Assembly (NCBI GenBank): GCA_963762445.1
Contig: CAVXLA010000004.1
Location: forward strand, 358,794-422,793
Length of the DNA: 64,000 nucleotides
Origin: an uncultured Chloroflexia bacterium
GTDB lineage: Bacteria; Chloroflexota; Limnocylindria; Limnocylindrales; CSP1-4
Direction: 5' to 3'
Part shown: piece by piece, positions 22,206 through 32,386 of the stretch
Numbering within the stretch: position 1 is the first letter of the stretch
How the letters are laid out: each line of letters starts with the position of its first letter
Position numbers and translations under genes: made by a program
The notes under the pieces: generated by a model
Seen by the model: only the letters and a program-made list of their open reading frames with translations
Databases searched by the model: none
Told to the model about the DNA's origin: nothing

Positions 22206-23300
22206 CTAGCAGCCCGGGACAGAGCCGGCAGTCACATCCTTGCACAGCGTGGCCTTGTCGATCCAGCCAGCGTCGAGGACCACCTGGAGGTTGTCCTTGG
22301 TGATCGCCTGTGGCGTGATCAGGATCGAGTTGATCTTGTTACCGCCCGGGGTGTCGAAGATCTTGGCGGACCCGTATTTGTCCGTGGTGACCTTGTCGAG
22401 GGCGGTGCCCTTCGCGAGCTGAGCAGCAACCTGCCCGGTTGCGTCGCCAAGCAGGCGGGCGTCCTTCCAGACGTCCACTGTCTGGGTGCCGAGAGCGACG
22501 CGGTTCAGAGCGGCGGCATCGCCGTCCTGGCCGGAAACCGGAACCTGACCAGCGAGGCCCTGGGACTTGAGGGCCGAGATAGCGCCACCGGCCATGCCGT
22601 CGTTCTCAACGAAGGCGATGTCGATCTTGTTGTTGTTCTTGGTCAGGAACTGCGCCATCTCGTTCTGGGCGTTGGCCGGATCCCAGTTGTCGGTGTAGGT
22701 CTCGCCGACGTTGATGAGCGTGGCGCTGCTCTGGCCAACGTCCGGCAGGCCGGCCTCGACCATGCCCTTGCGGAGGAAGTCCGCGTTCGCGTCGGCCTTG
22801 TTGCCCTTGATGACGACGAAGTTGCCGGAGTTCTTGACCTTCAGGAGCGCCTCGGCCTGCAGCTTGCCGACGAGGACGTTGTCGAAGGTGAGGTAGAACG
22901 CGCCTGGATCTTCGATCAGGCGGTCGTAGGCGATGACCGGAATGCCGGCATCCAGCGCCTTCTTGACGGCCGGCTTGATGGCGGTGCCGTCCTGGGCCAG
23001 GATGATCACGACCTTGGCGCCCTGGTTGATGAGGGCGTCAACGTTGGACAGCTGCGTGTCGGACGAAGACTTGGCGTCGTTCGAGATGTACTTGCAGCCG
23101 GCGGCGTCGAGGGCCTTCTTGATAGCGGGCTCATCCCACTTGGCCCAGCGCTCCTCCTGGTAGTTGTTCCAAGAGACGCCAACCGTGCACTCGGCTCCGC
23201 CGCCGGCCGAGGCTCCCGGCGAGGCGGTGGCACCGCCGCCGCACGCTGCGAACACGACGGCTGCGGCCCCGATGAGCGCCGCCACCTTGCGATTGACCAT
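22206..23300 (-). CDS. xylF: D-xylose ABC transporter substrate-binding lipoprotein
   Basis: GAGG SD, lipobox FAAC, VSWNNYQEERW, VIAYDRLI, FDNVLVG, NDGMAGG, VSGQDGD, VWKD. Confidence 0.9.
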   Translation of the reverse strand: MVNRKVAALIGAAAVVFAACGGGATASPGASAGGGAECTVGVSWNNYQEERWAKWDEPAIKKALDAAGCKYISNDAKSSSDTQLSNVDALINQGAKVVIILAQDGTAIKPAVKKALDAGIPVIAYDRLIEDPGAFYLTFDNVLVGKLQAEALLKVKNSGNFVVIKGNKADANADFLRKGMVEAGLPDVGQSSATLINVGETYTDNWDPANAQNEMAQFLTKNNNKIDIAFVENDGMAGGAISALKSQGLAGQVPVSGQDGDAAALNRVALGTQTVDVWKDARLLGDATGQVAAQLAKGTALDKVTTDKYGSAKIFDTPGGNKINSILITPQAITKDNLQVVLDAGWIDKATLCKDVTAGSVPGC

Positions 23301-23537
23301 GGTCGCTTGTTCCTCCTCATGAACCATGCTTCCTGTGGAACTCCACTGGTCCCGCGCTAGGCTACCATCCCCGCTCAAGCGGCTTCGCGGTCTCTTGTTT
23401 CGCGACCCATCCGTCGGCTGGGGATCGGCGGCAGCGCCGGCCCACATTGTCGCTGGGCGCCTGCCAGCCCGACGAGGCCGTTGCGCGGGCCGACTCGGAC
23501 GGGTGGCTGCCGGCAGGCCGGCGGGGAGGAGGATCTC

Positions 23538-24245
23538 ATGCAGAGGCTCGACGGCAAGGTGGCGCTCGTGACCGGCGCGAGCCGCGGCATCGGCGCGGCC
23601 GTCGCCCGGGCGCTCGCGCTGGAGGGCGTCCGGCTGGGGCTGGCGTCGCGGAGCGGCGACGATCTCGGGATCGCGGGCGCCGTCGCCGCGCCCTGCGACG
23701 TGCGCGACCCGGCGGCCCTCGCCTCGCTGGTCGCGGCGACGGTCGACCGGTTCGGCGGACTCGACATCCTGGTCGTCAATGCCGGCGTCGGCGCCTATGG
23801 CCCGTTCCTCGAGCTGCCCGCCGAGGATCTCGAGGAGATGATCGACGTCAACGTGAAGGGCGCCCTCTACGCGATCCGGGCGGCCCTTCCCCACCTCCTG
23901 CGGAGCAACGCGGCCGACATCGTCACCGTCGCCAGCGAGGCGGGCCGGCGGGGCCTCCCGTTCGAGGCCGCCTACTGCGCGTCCAAGTTCGCCCAGGTCG
24001 GCCTGACCCGGGCCCTCGACCACGAGCTGCGCGAGCGCGGCGTCCGGTGCACGAACGTCTGCCCCGGCGGGGTCGCGACGGACTTCGCGATGGGCCACGG
24101 GAGGACACCGGACATGCCGGCCCTGGCGGGCATGATGAGGCCGACCGACGTCGCCGAGGCGGTCCTCTTCGTGCTCACCCGCCCCCGCAGCCACCGCATC
24201 CTCGAGGTGGCGCTCCGCCCGGTGACGGAGACCTCGTGGGGGTGA
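23538..24245 (+). CDS. SDR family oxidoreductase
   Basis: GGAGG SD, TGASRGIG, NAG, YCASKF. Confidence 0.92.
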   Translation: MQRLDGKVALVTGASRGIGAAVARALALEGVRLGLASRSGDDLGIAGAVAAPCDVRDPAALASLVAATVDRFGGLDILVVNAGVGAYGPFLELPAEDLEEMIDVNVKGALYAIRAALPHLLRSNAADIVTVASEAGRRGLPFEAAYCASKFAQVGLTRALDHELRERGVRCTNVCPGGVATDFAMGHGRTPDMPALAGMMRPTDVAEAVLFVLTRPRSHRILEVALRPVTETSWG

Positions 24246-24294
24246 GCCGCCACGAGACTTGACGCGCCGCGCGCATCGCTGCACGGTACGTGGC

Positions 24295-25284
24295 ATGACC
24301 TCGCTCCGCTGGGGAATCCTGGGGCCCGGCCGCATCGCCCCGAGGCTGGTGCGGGCCGTTGCCGCCACCGCCCGCGCCGAGCTCGTCGCCGTCGCCAGCC
24401 GCGACGCCGGCCGCGCGGCCGCGTTCGCGTCGCGGCACGGGATCCCGCGGGCGCTGGGCTCCTACGACGCCCTGGTCGCGGCGCCCGACGTCGACGTCGT
24501 GTACGTCTCGCTGCCCAACCACCTCCACGCTCACTGGTCGATCCGAGCTCTCGAGGCGGGCAAGCACGTGCTCTGCGAGAAGCCGATCGCCCTGACCGTC
24601 GCCCAGATCGACGCCATCGCGGCCGCCGAGACGCGGGCCGGGCGCCTCGCGGTGGAGGCCTTCATGTACCTCCACCACCCCCAGATCCTGCGGGCGGTCG
24701 AGCTCGCGCAGGGTGGGGCCCTGGGCCCGCTGGAACTCGTCAGCGGGACCTTCTCGTTCCTCCTGTCGCACCCGGACGACCCCCGGCTCGAGCCGGCCAT
24801 GGGGGGCGGCTCGCTGTGGGACGTGGGGTGCTACCCGGTGAGCCTGGCACGGCGGATCGCCGGCGAGGAGCCGGACCAGGTCGCCGCCTTCGCCCGCTTC
24901 GACGAGCGTGGCATCGACCGTACCTTCATCGGACAGCTGCACTTCCCGGGCGGCCTGCTTGCCCAGTTCGACAGCGGCTTCGCAGCCCCCGATCGCCAGC
25001 GGATCGAGATCGTCGGCCGCGACGCGGCCCTGGTCCTCGAGACCCCGTTCCTGCCCGCCCCGGACGGCCCGCCGCCGTCGCTGACCCTGCGGCGGGGCGG
25101 GGCCGCGACGTCGATCGACGTCCCGTCGGTCGACCAGTACGCGGCGGAGGTCGAGGACCTCACGTCGGCCATCCTCGACGGCACGCCGCCGCGCATCGAC
25201 CTTGCCTTCAGTCGGGGTACCATCGCGACACTCGTCGAGCTCGACCGGGTCGCCCGGGCGAGCGCGGGCGACCCGCGGGGCTGA
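24295..25284 (+). CDS. Gfo/Idh/MocA oxidoreductase (possible D-xylose dehydrogenase)
   Basis: LRWGILGPGRIA, YVSLPNHLH, GKHVLCEKP, EAFMYLHHPQ, GGGSLWDVGCY. Confidence 0.9.
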   Translation: MTSLRWGILGPGRIAPRLVRAVAATARAELVAVASRDAGRAAAFASRHGIPRALGSYDALVAAPDVDVVYVSLPNHLHAHWSIRALEAGKHVLCEKPIALTVAQIDAIAAAETRAGRLAVEAFMYLHHPQILRAVELAQGGALGPLELVSGTFSFLLSHPDDPRLEPAMGGGSLWDVGCYPVSLARRIAGEEPDQVAAFARFDERGIDRTFIGQLHFPGGLLAQFDSGFAAPDRQRIEIVGRDAALVLETPFLPAPDGPPPSLTLRRGGAATSIDVPSVDQYAAEVEDLTSAILDGTPPRIDLAFSRGTIATLVELDRVARASAGDPRG

Positions 25285-25317
25285 GACCCTGGCCGACTCC
25301 AGCCGCGGAGGGCCCTC

Positions 25318-27234
25318 ATGGAGCCGATCATCGCAGGGAGCGGAGCCACGGCGCCGCCCGTTCGGTCCAGGCGGCGCATCGCGATGGCAGCCGTCGCCGC
25401 GCTGGCGGGCGCGATCCTCGTCGGGGCGGTCCTGGTCGTCGTCCGCCCCTGGCCCCAGCAGCCGTCGTGCCCGCCGATCCAGGACCACCCGGAGTGGTCG
25501 GTGGCGCGCCGCTGGGATGAGGCGCTGCTCGACGCGATCCGGCGGGCGCTCCCCAACCCGCCCCTCCACGCTCGTAACCTCTTCCACGTCTCGGCCGCGA
25601 TGTGGGACGCCTGGGCCGCCTACGATCCGACCGCCTCGGGCTACCTCGTGCACGAGAAGCACACGGCGGCGGACGTGGCGGCCGCGCGCGACGAGGCGAT
25701 CAGCTACGCGGCGTACCGCCTGCTGACGGAGCGCTACCTGAAGTCGGTCGGCGCGAGCGAGTCGCTATCCGAGTTCGACGACCTCATGGACGCGCTCTGC
25801 CATCCGCTCGACGTGACGACCACGGAGGGCGATTCGCCGGCCGCGGTCGGCAACCGGATCGCCGCGGCCGCGATCGCCTTCGGCAAGACCGACGGGTCCA
25901 ACGAGGCCGGCGGCTACGTCGACACGGCGTACACGCCGGTCAACCCGCCCCTCGTGGTGGACAAGCCGGGAGCGACGATGTCCAACCCGAACCGCTGGCA
26001 GCCGCTCCAGATCGCGCACATGATCTCGCAGAACGGCATCCCGGTGACGAACGGCGTCCAGCAGGCGGTGGGGACGCACTGGGGCCACGTCACCCCGTTC
26101 GCTCTGCCGCCGGCGGGCGCAGACGGGGTGCCGATCGACCCCGGCCCCCCTCCGCGTCTCGGCGACCCGGCGACCGACCAGGCCTTCAAGGACCAGGCGG
26201 TCGAGGTAATCCGCGACAGCAGCCTGCTGGACCCAGCCTCCGGAGCGACGATCGACATCTCGCCGGGCGCGCGCGGCGGCAACACCCTCGGAGCCAACGA
26301 CGGTCACGGCCATCCCGTCAACCCGGCGACCGGCCAGCCCTACCCGCCCGACGTCGTCAGCGAGGCGGACTTCGGGCGGGTCATGGCCGAGTTCTGGGCC
26401 GACGGCCCCAAGTCGGAGACGCCGCCGGGGCACTGGAACGTCCTCGCCAACCTGGCCTCCGACGAGCTGGCCCCGGACCTCCGGATCGGAGGCCAGGGCC
26501 CGGCGGTCGACCGGCTCGAGTGGGACGTCAAGCTCTACCTCTCGCTGAATGGGGCCGTGCACGACGCCGCGATCGCGGCGTGGGGGCTCAAGGGCTACTA
26601 CGACACCTCGCGGCCCATCTCGATGATCCGCTACATGGGTGGCCTCGGCCAGTCGAGCGACCCGTCGCTGCCGTCCTACGACCGGGAGGGCCTGCCGCTC
26701 GTCCCGGGCCTCATCGAGCTCGTCACCAAGGAGACGACCGCGGCCGGGCAGCGCCACGCCGCGCTCGCCGGCCACGAAGGCGAGATCGCGATCCGGGCCT
26801 GGGCCGGCAACCCGGCCGACCCGAAGACGCAGGCCGGGGGCGTCCGGTGGATCCTCGCGACGACCTGGGTCCCCTACCAGCTCCCGACCTTCGTGACCCC
26901 ATCCTTCCCGGCCTACGCGTCCGGGCACAGCTCGTTCAGCCGGGCCGCGGCCGAGGTGCTCACCGGGTTCACCGGCAGCGAGTACTTCCCGGGCGGGATC
27001 AGCGGCTACACGATCAAGACGGGCTCTCTCAAATTCGAGGCCGGTCCCACGGCAGACATCCGGCTGGAGTGGGCGACCTACTTCGACGCCTCCGACCAGG
27101 CCGGCCAGTCGCGCCTGTGGGGCGGGATCCACGTGGAGGCGGACGACTTCACCGGGCGGAGGCTCGGCGCGGAGTGCGGCAAGGCGGCCCTGGCGCTCGC
27201 CCGGCGCTACTACGACGGCACGGTCGGCACGTGA
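25318..27234 (+). CDS. Membrane-anchored vanadium-dependent haloperoxidase-like (PAP2 superfamily) protein
   Basis: N-terminal TM; SVARRWDEALLDAIR, KGYYDTSRP, PSFPAYASGHS, SRLWGGIHVEAD. Confidence 0.85.
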   Translation: MEPIIAGSGATAPPVRSRRRIAMAAVAALAGAILVGAVLVVVRPWPQQPSCPPIQDHPEWSVARRWDEALLDAIRRALPNPPLHARNLFHVSAAMWDAWAAYDPTASGYLVHEKHTAADVAAARDEAISYAAYRLLTERYLKSVGASESLSEFDDLMDALCHPLDVTTTEGDSPAAVGNRIAAAAIAFGKTDGSNEAGGYVDTAYTPVNPPLVVDKPGATMSNPNRWQPLQIAHMISQNGIPVTNGVQQAVGTHWGHVTPFALPPAGADGVPIDPGPPPRLGDPATDQAFKDQAVEVIRDSSLLDPASGATIDISPGARGGNTLGANDGHGHPVNPATGQPYPPDVVSEADFGRVMAEFWADGPKSETPPGHWNVLANLASDELAPDLRIGGQGPAVDRLEWDVKLYLSLNGAVHDAAIAAWGLKGYYDTSRPISMIRYMGGLGQSSDPSLPSYDREGLPLVPGLIELVTKETTAAGQRHAALAGHEGEIAIRAWAGNPADPKTQAGGVRWILATTWVPYQLPTFVTPSFPAYASGHSSFSRAAAEVLTGFTGSEYFPGGISGYTIKTGSLKFEAGPTADIRLEWATYFDASDQAGQSRLWGGIHVEADDFTGRRLGAECGKAALALARRYYDGTVGT

Positions 27235-27276
27235 GCGCCGGCGCGGGCCCCCCGGCCTCGTCGCCGCGGTGACCGC

Positions 27277-28944
27277 GTGAGGCGTCGGAGCTCGGCGCTC
27301 GTCGTCGGCGCCGTGATCGTGGCGCTGGCCGGCGCGGCGATCGGCGGGTTCGCGCTGACGCGGACGGGCGACGGGACGCCGACCGTCGCGCTGGGACCAC
27401 CCCACTTCGTCGACGAGACGGCGACGGCCGGGATCGCGCACGTGTACGAGGGCGACGCCCCGTTCGAAGTCGGCGGCGGGGTCGCAGTGTTCGACTGCGA
27501 CGGCGACGGCAGGCCGGAGATCTACGTCGCCGGCGGAAGCGGGCCCGCGGCGCTCTACCGCAACGACAGCTCGATCGGGGGGGCCCTGCGATTCGCTCGA
27601 CTCCCGGATCCGACCATGGATCTGGCAGGCGTGATGGGGGCGTACCCCGTCGACCTCGATGGCGACGACCAGGTCGATCTCGTGGCCCTGCGGAACGGCG
27701 AGACCGTCCTCCTGCGGGGCCTGGGCGGGTGCCGCTTCGAGCGGGCGAACGAGCGCTGGTCCTTCGATGGCGGATCCGCGCTCACGACGGCCTTCGCCGC
27801 CACGTGGGAGGGCTCGGCAGCGTGGCCGACGCTGGCCCTCGGCCACTACCTGCGTCTCGACGCGTCCGGCTCGCCCACGCTGGACTGCGCGGAGAACGCG
27901 CTGCTCAGGCCGAGCCCGGCCGGCTCGGGCTACGGCCCGCCGATCGCCCTGACGCCCGGATTCTGCGCGCTGTCGATGCTGTTCAGCGACTGGGACCGCT
28001 CCGGCCGGCGCGACCTGCGGGTCAGCAACGATCGCAACTACTACGACCCCGCCACGGGCGAGGAGCAGCTGTGGCGCATGGCGAGCGGCGAGTCGCCGCG
28101 CCTCTACACGGACGCCGACTCCTGGGTGCGGGTCCAGATCGCGGGGATGGGCATCGCCAGCCACGACCTGACCGGGGACGGCTATCCCGAAGTGTTCCTG
28201 ACGAGCCAGGCCGACAACAAGCTCCAGACGCTGACCTCCGGTCCGAGCCGGCCGACCTACCGCGACATCGGGTTGAAGCGCGGCGTCAATGCCGCGCAGC
28301 CGTTCACCGGCGGCGACGTCCTGCCCTCCACCGCCTGGCACCCCGAGTTCCAGGACGTCAACAACGACGGGTTCGTCGACCTCTTCATCTCGAAGGGCAA
28401 CGTCAACGCGCAGGCGGACTTCGCCCAGAAGGATCCCAGCGACCTCCTGCTCGGCCAGCCCGACGGGACCTTCCGCGAGTCGGCCGACGTCGCGGGCATC
28501 CTGAGCTTCGAGCGTGGGCGGGGCGCCGCTCTTGCGGACCTCAACCTCGACGGCCTGCTCGACCTCGTCGAGGTGAACTACGGCTCGCCGCTCCGGGCCT
28601 GGCGAAACGTCGGCTCGGGCGACGCGGCTCGCTCCGCGCCGCTCGGGAAGTGGCTGGCCCTGCAGCTCTCTGAGCCGGGCCCCAACCGCGACGGCGTCGG
28701 CGCCTGGATCGAGGTGCAGCTGGGCGACCTGACGGTGCGGCGCGAGCTCACCGTCGGCGGCGGCCACCTCGGAGGCCAGCTGGGCTGGGTCCACTTCGGG
28801 CTCGGGCCGGCGACCGGAGCGCGGGTCCGGGTCCTCTGGCCGGACGGCGAGGCGGGCCCGTGGATGCAGGCGACCGCGAACCAGTTCGCCGTCATCGAGC
28901 GTGGCGCGGCCGAGGTCACGCCCTGGCGACCGGCGGGCGGCTGA
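27277..28944 (+). CDS. CRTAC1-family protein (FG-GAP/VCBS repeats plus ASPIC/UnbV domain)
   Basis: Repeated DxDGDG motifs (DCDGDG, DLDGDD, DLTGDG, DVNNDG, DLNLDG); C-terminal NRDGVGAWIEV...HFGLG...VLWPDG. Confidence 0.88.
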   Translation: MRRRSSALVVGAVIVALAGAAIGGFALTRTGDGTPTVALGPPHFVDETATAGIAHVYEGDAPFEVGGGVAVFDCDGDGRPEIYVAGGSGPAALYRNDSSIGGALRFARLPDPTMDLAGVMGAYPVDLDGDDQVDLVALRNGETVLLRGLGGCRFERANERWSFDGGSALTTAFAATWEGSAAWPTLALGHYLRLDASGSPTLDCAENALLRPSPAGSGYGPPIALTPGFCALSMLFSDWDRSGRRDLRVSNDRNYYDPATGEEQLWRMASGESPRLYTDADSWVRVQIAGMGIASHDLTGDGYPEVFLTSQADNKLQTLTSGPSRPTYRDIGLKRGVNAAQPFTGGDVLPSTAWHPEFQDVNNDGFVDLFISKGNVNAQADFAQKDPSDLLLGQPDGTFRESADVAGILSFERGRGAALADLNLDGLLDLVEVNYGSPLRAWRNVGSGDAARSAPLGKWLALQLSEPGPNRDGVGAWIEVQLGDLTVRRELTVGGGHLGGQLGWVHFGLGPATGARVRVLWPDGEAGPWMQATANQFAVIERGAAEVTPWRPAGG

Positions 28945-28963
28945 GGCGGGAGGAGGGTCCGGG

Positions 28964-30340
28964 ATGACGAAGGCACGGCTGGCGGAGATCGACCTGCCGG
29001 ACTTCGGCGCGGACGAGGAGCGGCCGGAGGTCCCGCCGGCGCTGTACGCGGCGCGCCTGGCGCGGCTCCGGGAGCGCGCCGTGGAGCGCGGCTACGACCG
29101 GCTCGTCGTCTACGCCGACCGCGAGCACAGCGCCAACCTCGCCTACCTGACCGGGTTCGACCCTCGCTTCGAGGAGGCCGTCCTGGTCCTCGGGCCCAGC
29201 GGCGACCCGGCGATCCTGGTCGGGAACGAGTGCTACGGCCTGGCGGGCGCCGCTCCGCTGCCGATGCGGCGGGCGATGTTCCAGGACCTGAGCCTGCCCA
29301 GCCAGCCGCGCCATCGCTCGCGGTCGCTCGCGGAGATCCTCGGCGACGAGGGGATCGGGCCCGGCTGCCGGGTCGGCATGATCGGCTGGAAGACGTACGC
29401 CCGCCCGGAGATGACCGACGCGCCGGCCTACCTCGTGGACGAGCTGCGCCGCCTGGCCGGCGCGACCGGCCGGGTCGAGAACGCGACGGGCCTGCTCATC
29501 GATGCGGCCGACGGACTGAGGGTGGTCAACGAGGTCGAGCAGCTGGCCGTGTTCGAGCACGCCTCCTGCCACACCTCGGACGGCGTGCGGCGATTGCTGC
29601 GGGGCCTGCGGCCCGGTCTGCGGGAGCGCGAGGCGGTCCGCCTGCTCGAGTGGAACGGCAGCCCGCTCTCCTGCCACCTGATGCTGACGGCGGGTCCTCG
29701 GGCGACGCTCGGCCTGCCGAGCCCGGGCGACCGGCGGATCGAGCGCGGCGATCGGTTCACGACCGCATTCGGCGTGTGGGGCGCGCTCACCTGCCGGGCC
29801 GGCTTCGTCGTCGAGGATGCGGCCGAGCTCCCGGCCGGCATCGGAGACTACGTGGAGCGCCTGGTGGCGCCCTACTTCGAGGCGGTGGCCGAGTGGTACG
29901 CGGCCCTCCACGTCGGGCAGACCGGGGGCGCGCTCCACGCGATCATCGACCGCCACCTCGGCGACCCGTTCTTCGGGATCTTCCTCAACCCGGGCCACCA
30001 GATCCACCTCGACGAGTGGGTGAACTCGCCCGTCGCGCCGGATTCCAAGATCGAGCTCCGCTCGGGGATGGCCCTCCAGGTCGACATCATCCCGGCAACC
30101 GGGACCGACTACTTCACCACCAACATCGAGGACGGCGTGGCCCTCGCGGACGCCTCGCTCCGCGCCGGGTTCGCGGACCGTTACCCGGACGCGTGGAGGC
30201 GTATCCAGGCGCGCCGCGCGTTCATGGCCGAGGCGCTCGGGATCGCCCTGCACCCCGACGTCCTGCCGTTCTCCAATCTGGCGGCGCTGCTGCCGCCGTT
30301 CGTCCTTCGGCCGGACCGGGCGATGACCCTGGCGAGCTGA
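28964..30340 (+). CDS. M24/creatinase-fold aminopeptidase-like protein
   Basis: GGAGG SD; VYADREHSANLAYLTGFDPRFEEA, NPGHQIHLDEW, NIEDGVALAD. Confidence 0.75.
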   Translation: MTKARLAEIDLPDFGADEERPEVPPALYAARLARLRERAVERGYDRLVVYADREHSANLAYLTGFDPRFEEAVLVLGPSGDPAILVGNECYGLAGAAPLPMRRAMFQDLSLPSQPRHRSRSLAEILGDEGIGPGCRVGMIGWKTYARPEMTDAPAYLVDELRRLAGATGRVENATGLLIDAADGLRVVNEVEQLAVFEHASCHTSDGVRRLLRGLRPGLREREAVRLLEWNGSPLSCHLMLTAGPRATLGLPSPGDRRIERGDRFTTAFGVWGALTCRAGFVVEDAAELPAGIGDYVERLVAPYFEAVAEWYAALHVGQTGGALHAIIDRHLGDPFFGIFLNPGHQIHLDEWVNSPVAPDSKIELRSGMALQVDIIPATGTDYFTTNIEDGVALADASLRAGFADRYPDAWRRIQARRAFMAEALGIALHPDVLPFSNLAALLPPFVLRPDRAMTLAS

Positions 30341-30379
30341 GGGGGGCCGTTCGGCGGGACGCGCTGAGCGCCGGGTTCG

Positions 30380-30913
30380 CTACTTCGCCGCCCTGTACGC
30401 CGCCAGCGCGGCCACGAGCTCGCGGCAGAAGGCGGGAATATCCTCCACGACCCGCCCCCAGACGAGGTTCGTGTCGCGGAAGGCCGGCGCGTCGACCCAC
30501 GTCGCCCCTGCGTTCACGAGGTCGTCGCGGATCCCGAGCGACCCGGTGGAGCGGCTGCCCGCGACGATGCGCGCCGAGATCGCGATGAGCCCGCCGTGGC
30601 AGATGATCCCGATGGGCTTGCCCGCCGCGTGGATGGCGGCGACGAAGTCGGTCACGGCCGGGTAGCGGCGCAGCTTGTCCGGCATGTGCCCGCCGGGGAT
30701 GACGAGGCCGTCGACCTCGTCGGGGTCCACGCTGCCGACCGCGACGTCGACGGGGACCTGGAGGCCGTTCTTGCCCCGGACGACCGCGGGCGCGAGGCCG
30801 ACCGAGGTGACACGCGCGCCGGCCTCCCGCAGCCGCATCACGGTGACCCAGTACTCGAGGTCCTCGACGCCCTCGCCGGCGAGGACCGCCACGTGCATCC
30901 CGTCGAGCTCCAT
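30380..30913 (-). CDS. DJ-1/PfpI family protein (type 1 glutamine amidotransferase-like)
   Basis: GVEDLEY, LVIPGG, ICHG, DDLVNAGATWVD. Confidence 0.9.
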   Translation of the reverse strand: MELDGMHVAVLAGEGVEDLEYWVTVMRLREAGARVTSVGLAPAVVRGKNGLQVPVDVAVGSVDPDEVDGLVIPGGHMPDKLRRYPAVTDFVAAIHAAGKPIGIICHGGLIAISARIVAGSRSTGSLGIRDDLVNAGATWVDAPAFRDTNLVWGRVVEDIPAFCRELVAALAAYRAAK

Positions 30914-31005
30914 CGCTCCTCCGTCCGCCGCGCTCTCGGTGCCGCGGCCCTCCCGCGAGGATACGCCGACCGCCGGCCGGCAGGCCGGTGCCGTACGATC
31001 CGTCC

Positions 31006-31440
31006 ATGACATCCTCGATCCTCGACAGCCGCGTCCGCGCCTTCCTTGCCGCGCCCGACCGGTTCGCCACGCTGGCCGCCCTCGACCCCGCCGGGGCACC
31101 CCGCCAGGCCGTCGTCTGGTACCGCCTGGAGCCCGACGGGCGGATCACGGTCAACAGCGCCGACGGCCGGCGGTGGCCGGCGAACCTGCGCCGTGACGCG
31201 CGCTGCTCCCTGACGGTCATCGACGGAGCCGACGGCTACGCCTTCGTCGCCCTCGCCGGCCGCGTCGTCGAGACGATTGACGACCAGGACGTCGCCCAGG
31301 CGGACATCGCGGCGTTCGCCCGCCACTATCACGCGGACGACCCCGACCTCACCAAGCAGCTCGTGGCCCGCTTCCGGGCCCAGCACCGGGTCTCGTTCCG
31401 GATCGAGGTCGTCGCCGTCCACGACCACCTCGAAGGCTGA
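31006..31440 (+). CDS. PPOX class (split beta-barrel) probable F420-dependent protein
   Basis: FATLAALDPAGAPRQAVVWY, NLRRDARCSLTV; lies at the head of the cof cluster. Confidence 0.82.
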   Translation: MTSSILDSRVRAFLAAPDRFATLAALDPAGAPRQAVVWYRLEPDGRITVNSADGRRWPANLRRDARCSLTVIDGADGYAFVALAGRVVETIDDQDVAQADIAAFARHYHADDPDLTKQLVARFRAQHRVSFRIEVVAVHDHLEG

Positions 31441-31445
31441 CGAGC

Positions 31446-32378
31446 GTGCCCGCGCTGCGCTTCGGCGCCCAGCTCTGGAGCCAGGCGACCGACTGGGACG
31501 GGTTCCTCGCCGCAGCCCTCGGCGCCGAGGAGGCCGGCTGGGATGCCGTCTGGACGTGGGACCACCTCCAGGCCATCTTCGGACCCTGGGAGCAGCCGAT
31601 CCTGGAGGGCTGGCTGGCGATGACCGCCGTCGCGTCGCGCACGTCGCGGGTCCGGGTCGGCCTGATGGTGGGCGCCAACACGTTCCGCAACCCGGGCCAC
31701 ACGGCGAAGCTCGCGGCCACCCTGGACCACGTCTCCGGCGGGCGGGCCGTCCTGGGCATCGGCGGCGCCTGGTTCCCCCGCGAGCACGAGGCGTTCGGGA
31801 TCGACTTCGGGGCGAGCGTCGGCGAGCGCCTCGACCGGCTCGACGAGGCCGTCGAGGTGATCCGCCGCCTCCTCGATGGCGAGCGCTTCAGCCACGCCGG
31901 CCCGTTCTACCGGTTCGAGGACGCCCAGCTGCGGCCGCGCCCGGTGCAGGACCACCTTCCCATCCTCGTCGGCGGCGGGGGTCCGAAGAAGACGCTGCGG
32001 ACCGTCGCCTTGCGGGCCGACGCGTGGAACACCAACGGGACCGTGGCCGAGGTCGCGGCCCGGGACGCGATCCTCCGCGAGCACTGCGCCGCCGTCGGCC
32101 GCGACCCGGCGACGATCGAGCGGACGGTCAGCTTCCCGATCGTCGTCCGCGATGACCCGGCCGACGCGGCCCGCGCCTTCGACGCCCTGTGCGAAGCGAA
32201 CGGCACGCCCGACGCGGGGAAGGTGCCGACGCTCCTCGGCCCGCCCGACCTCGTCGCCGAGGCCCTGCGGCCCTACCTGGACCTCGGCTTCCGCACCGTC
32301 GTGGTGCGCCTGCCCGCCCCGTACGACGCCGAGACCATCGCCCGGATCGGCGAGGTCCGGGCCGCCCTGGCGGGCTGA
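31446..32378 (+). CDS. LLM class F420-dependent oxidoreductase
   Basis: WDAVWTWDHL, VGANTFRNPG, SGGRAVLGIGGAW, ILVGGGGPKKTLR. Confidence 0.9.
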   Translation: MPALRFGAQLWSQATDWDGFLAAALGAEEAGWDAVWTWDHLQAIFGPWEQPILEGWLAMTAVASRTSRVRVGLMVGANTFRNPGHTAKLAATLDHVSGGRAVLGIGGAWFPREHEAFGIDFGASVGERLDRLDEAVEVIRRLLDGERFSHAGPFYRFEDAQLRPRPVQDHLPILVGGGGPKKTLRTVALRADAWNTNGTVAEVAARDAILREHCAAVGRDPATIERTVSFPIVVRDDPADAARAFDALCEANGTPDAGKVPTLLGPPDLVAEALRPYLDLGFRTVVVRLPAPYDAETIARIGEVRAALAG

Positions 32379-32386
32379 GGGACGCC

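Noticed and set aside
27277-28944. Enediyne or other biosynthetic cluster suggested by the UnbV domain and haloperoxidase
   Set aside because: No PKS, NRPS or tailoring genes nearby; ASPIC/UnbV domains are widespread outside such clusters.
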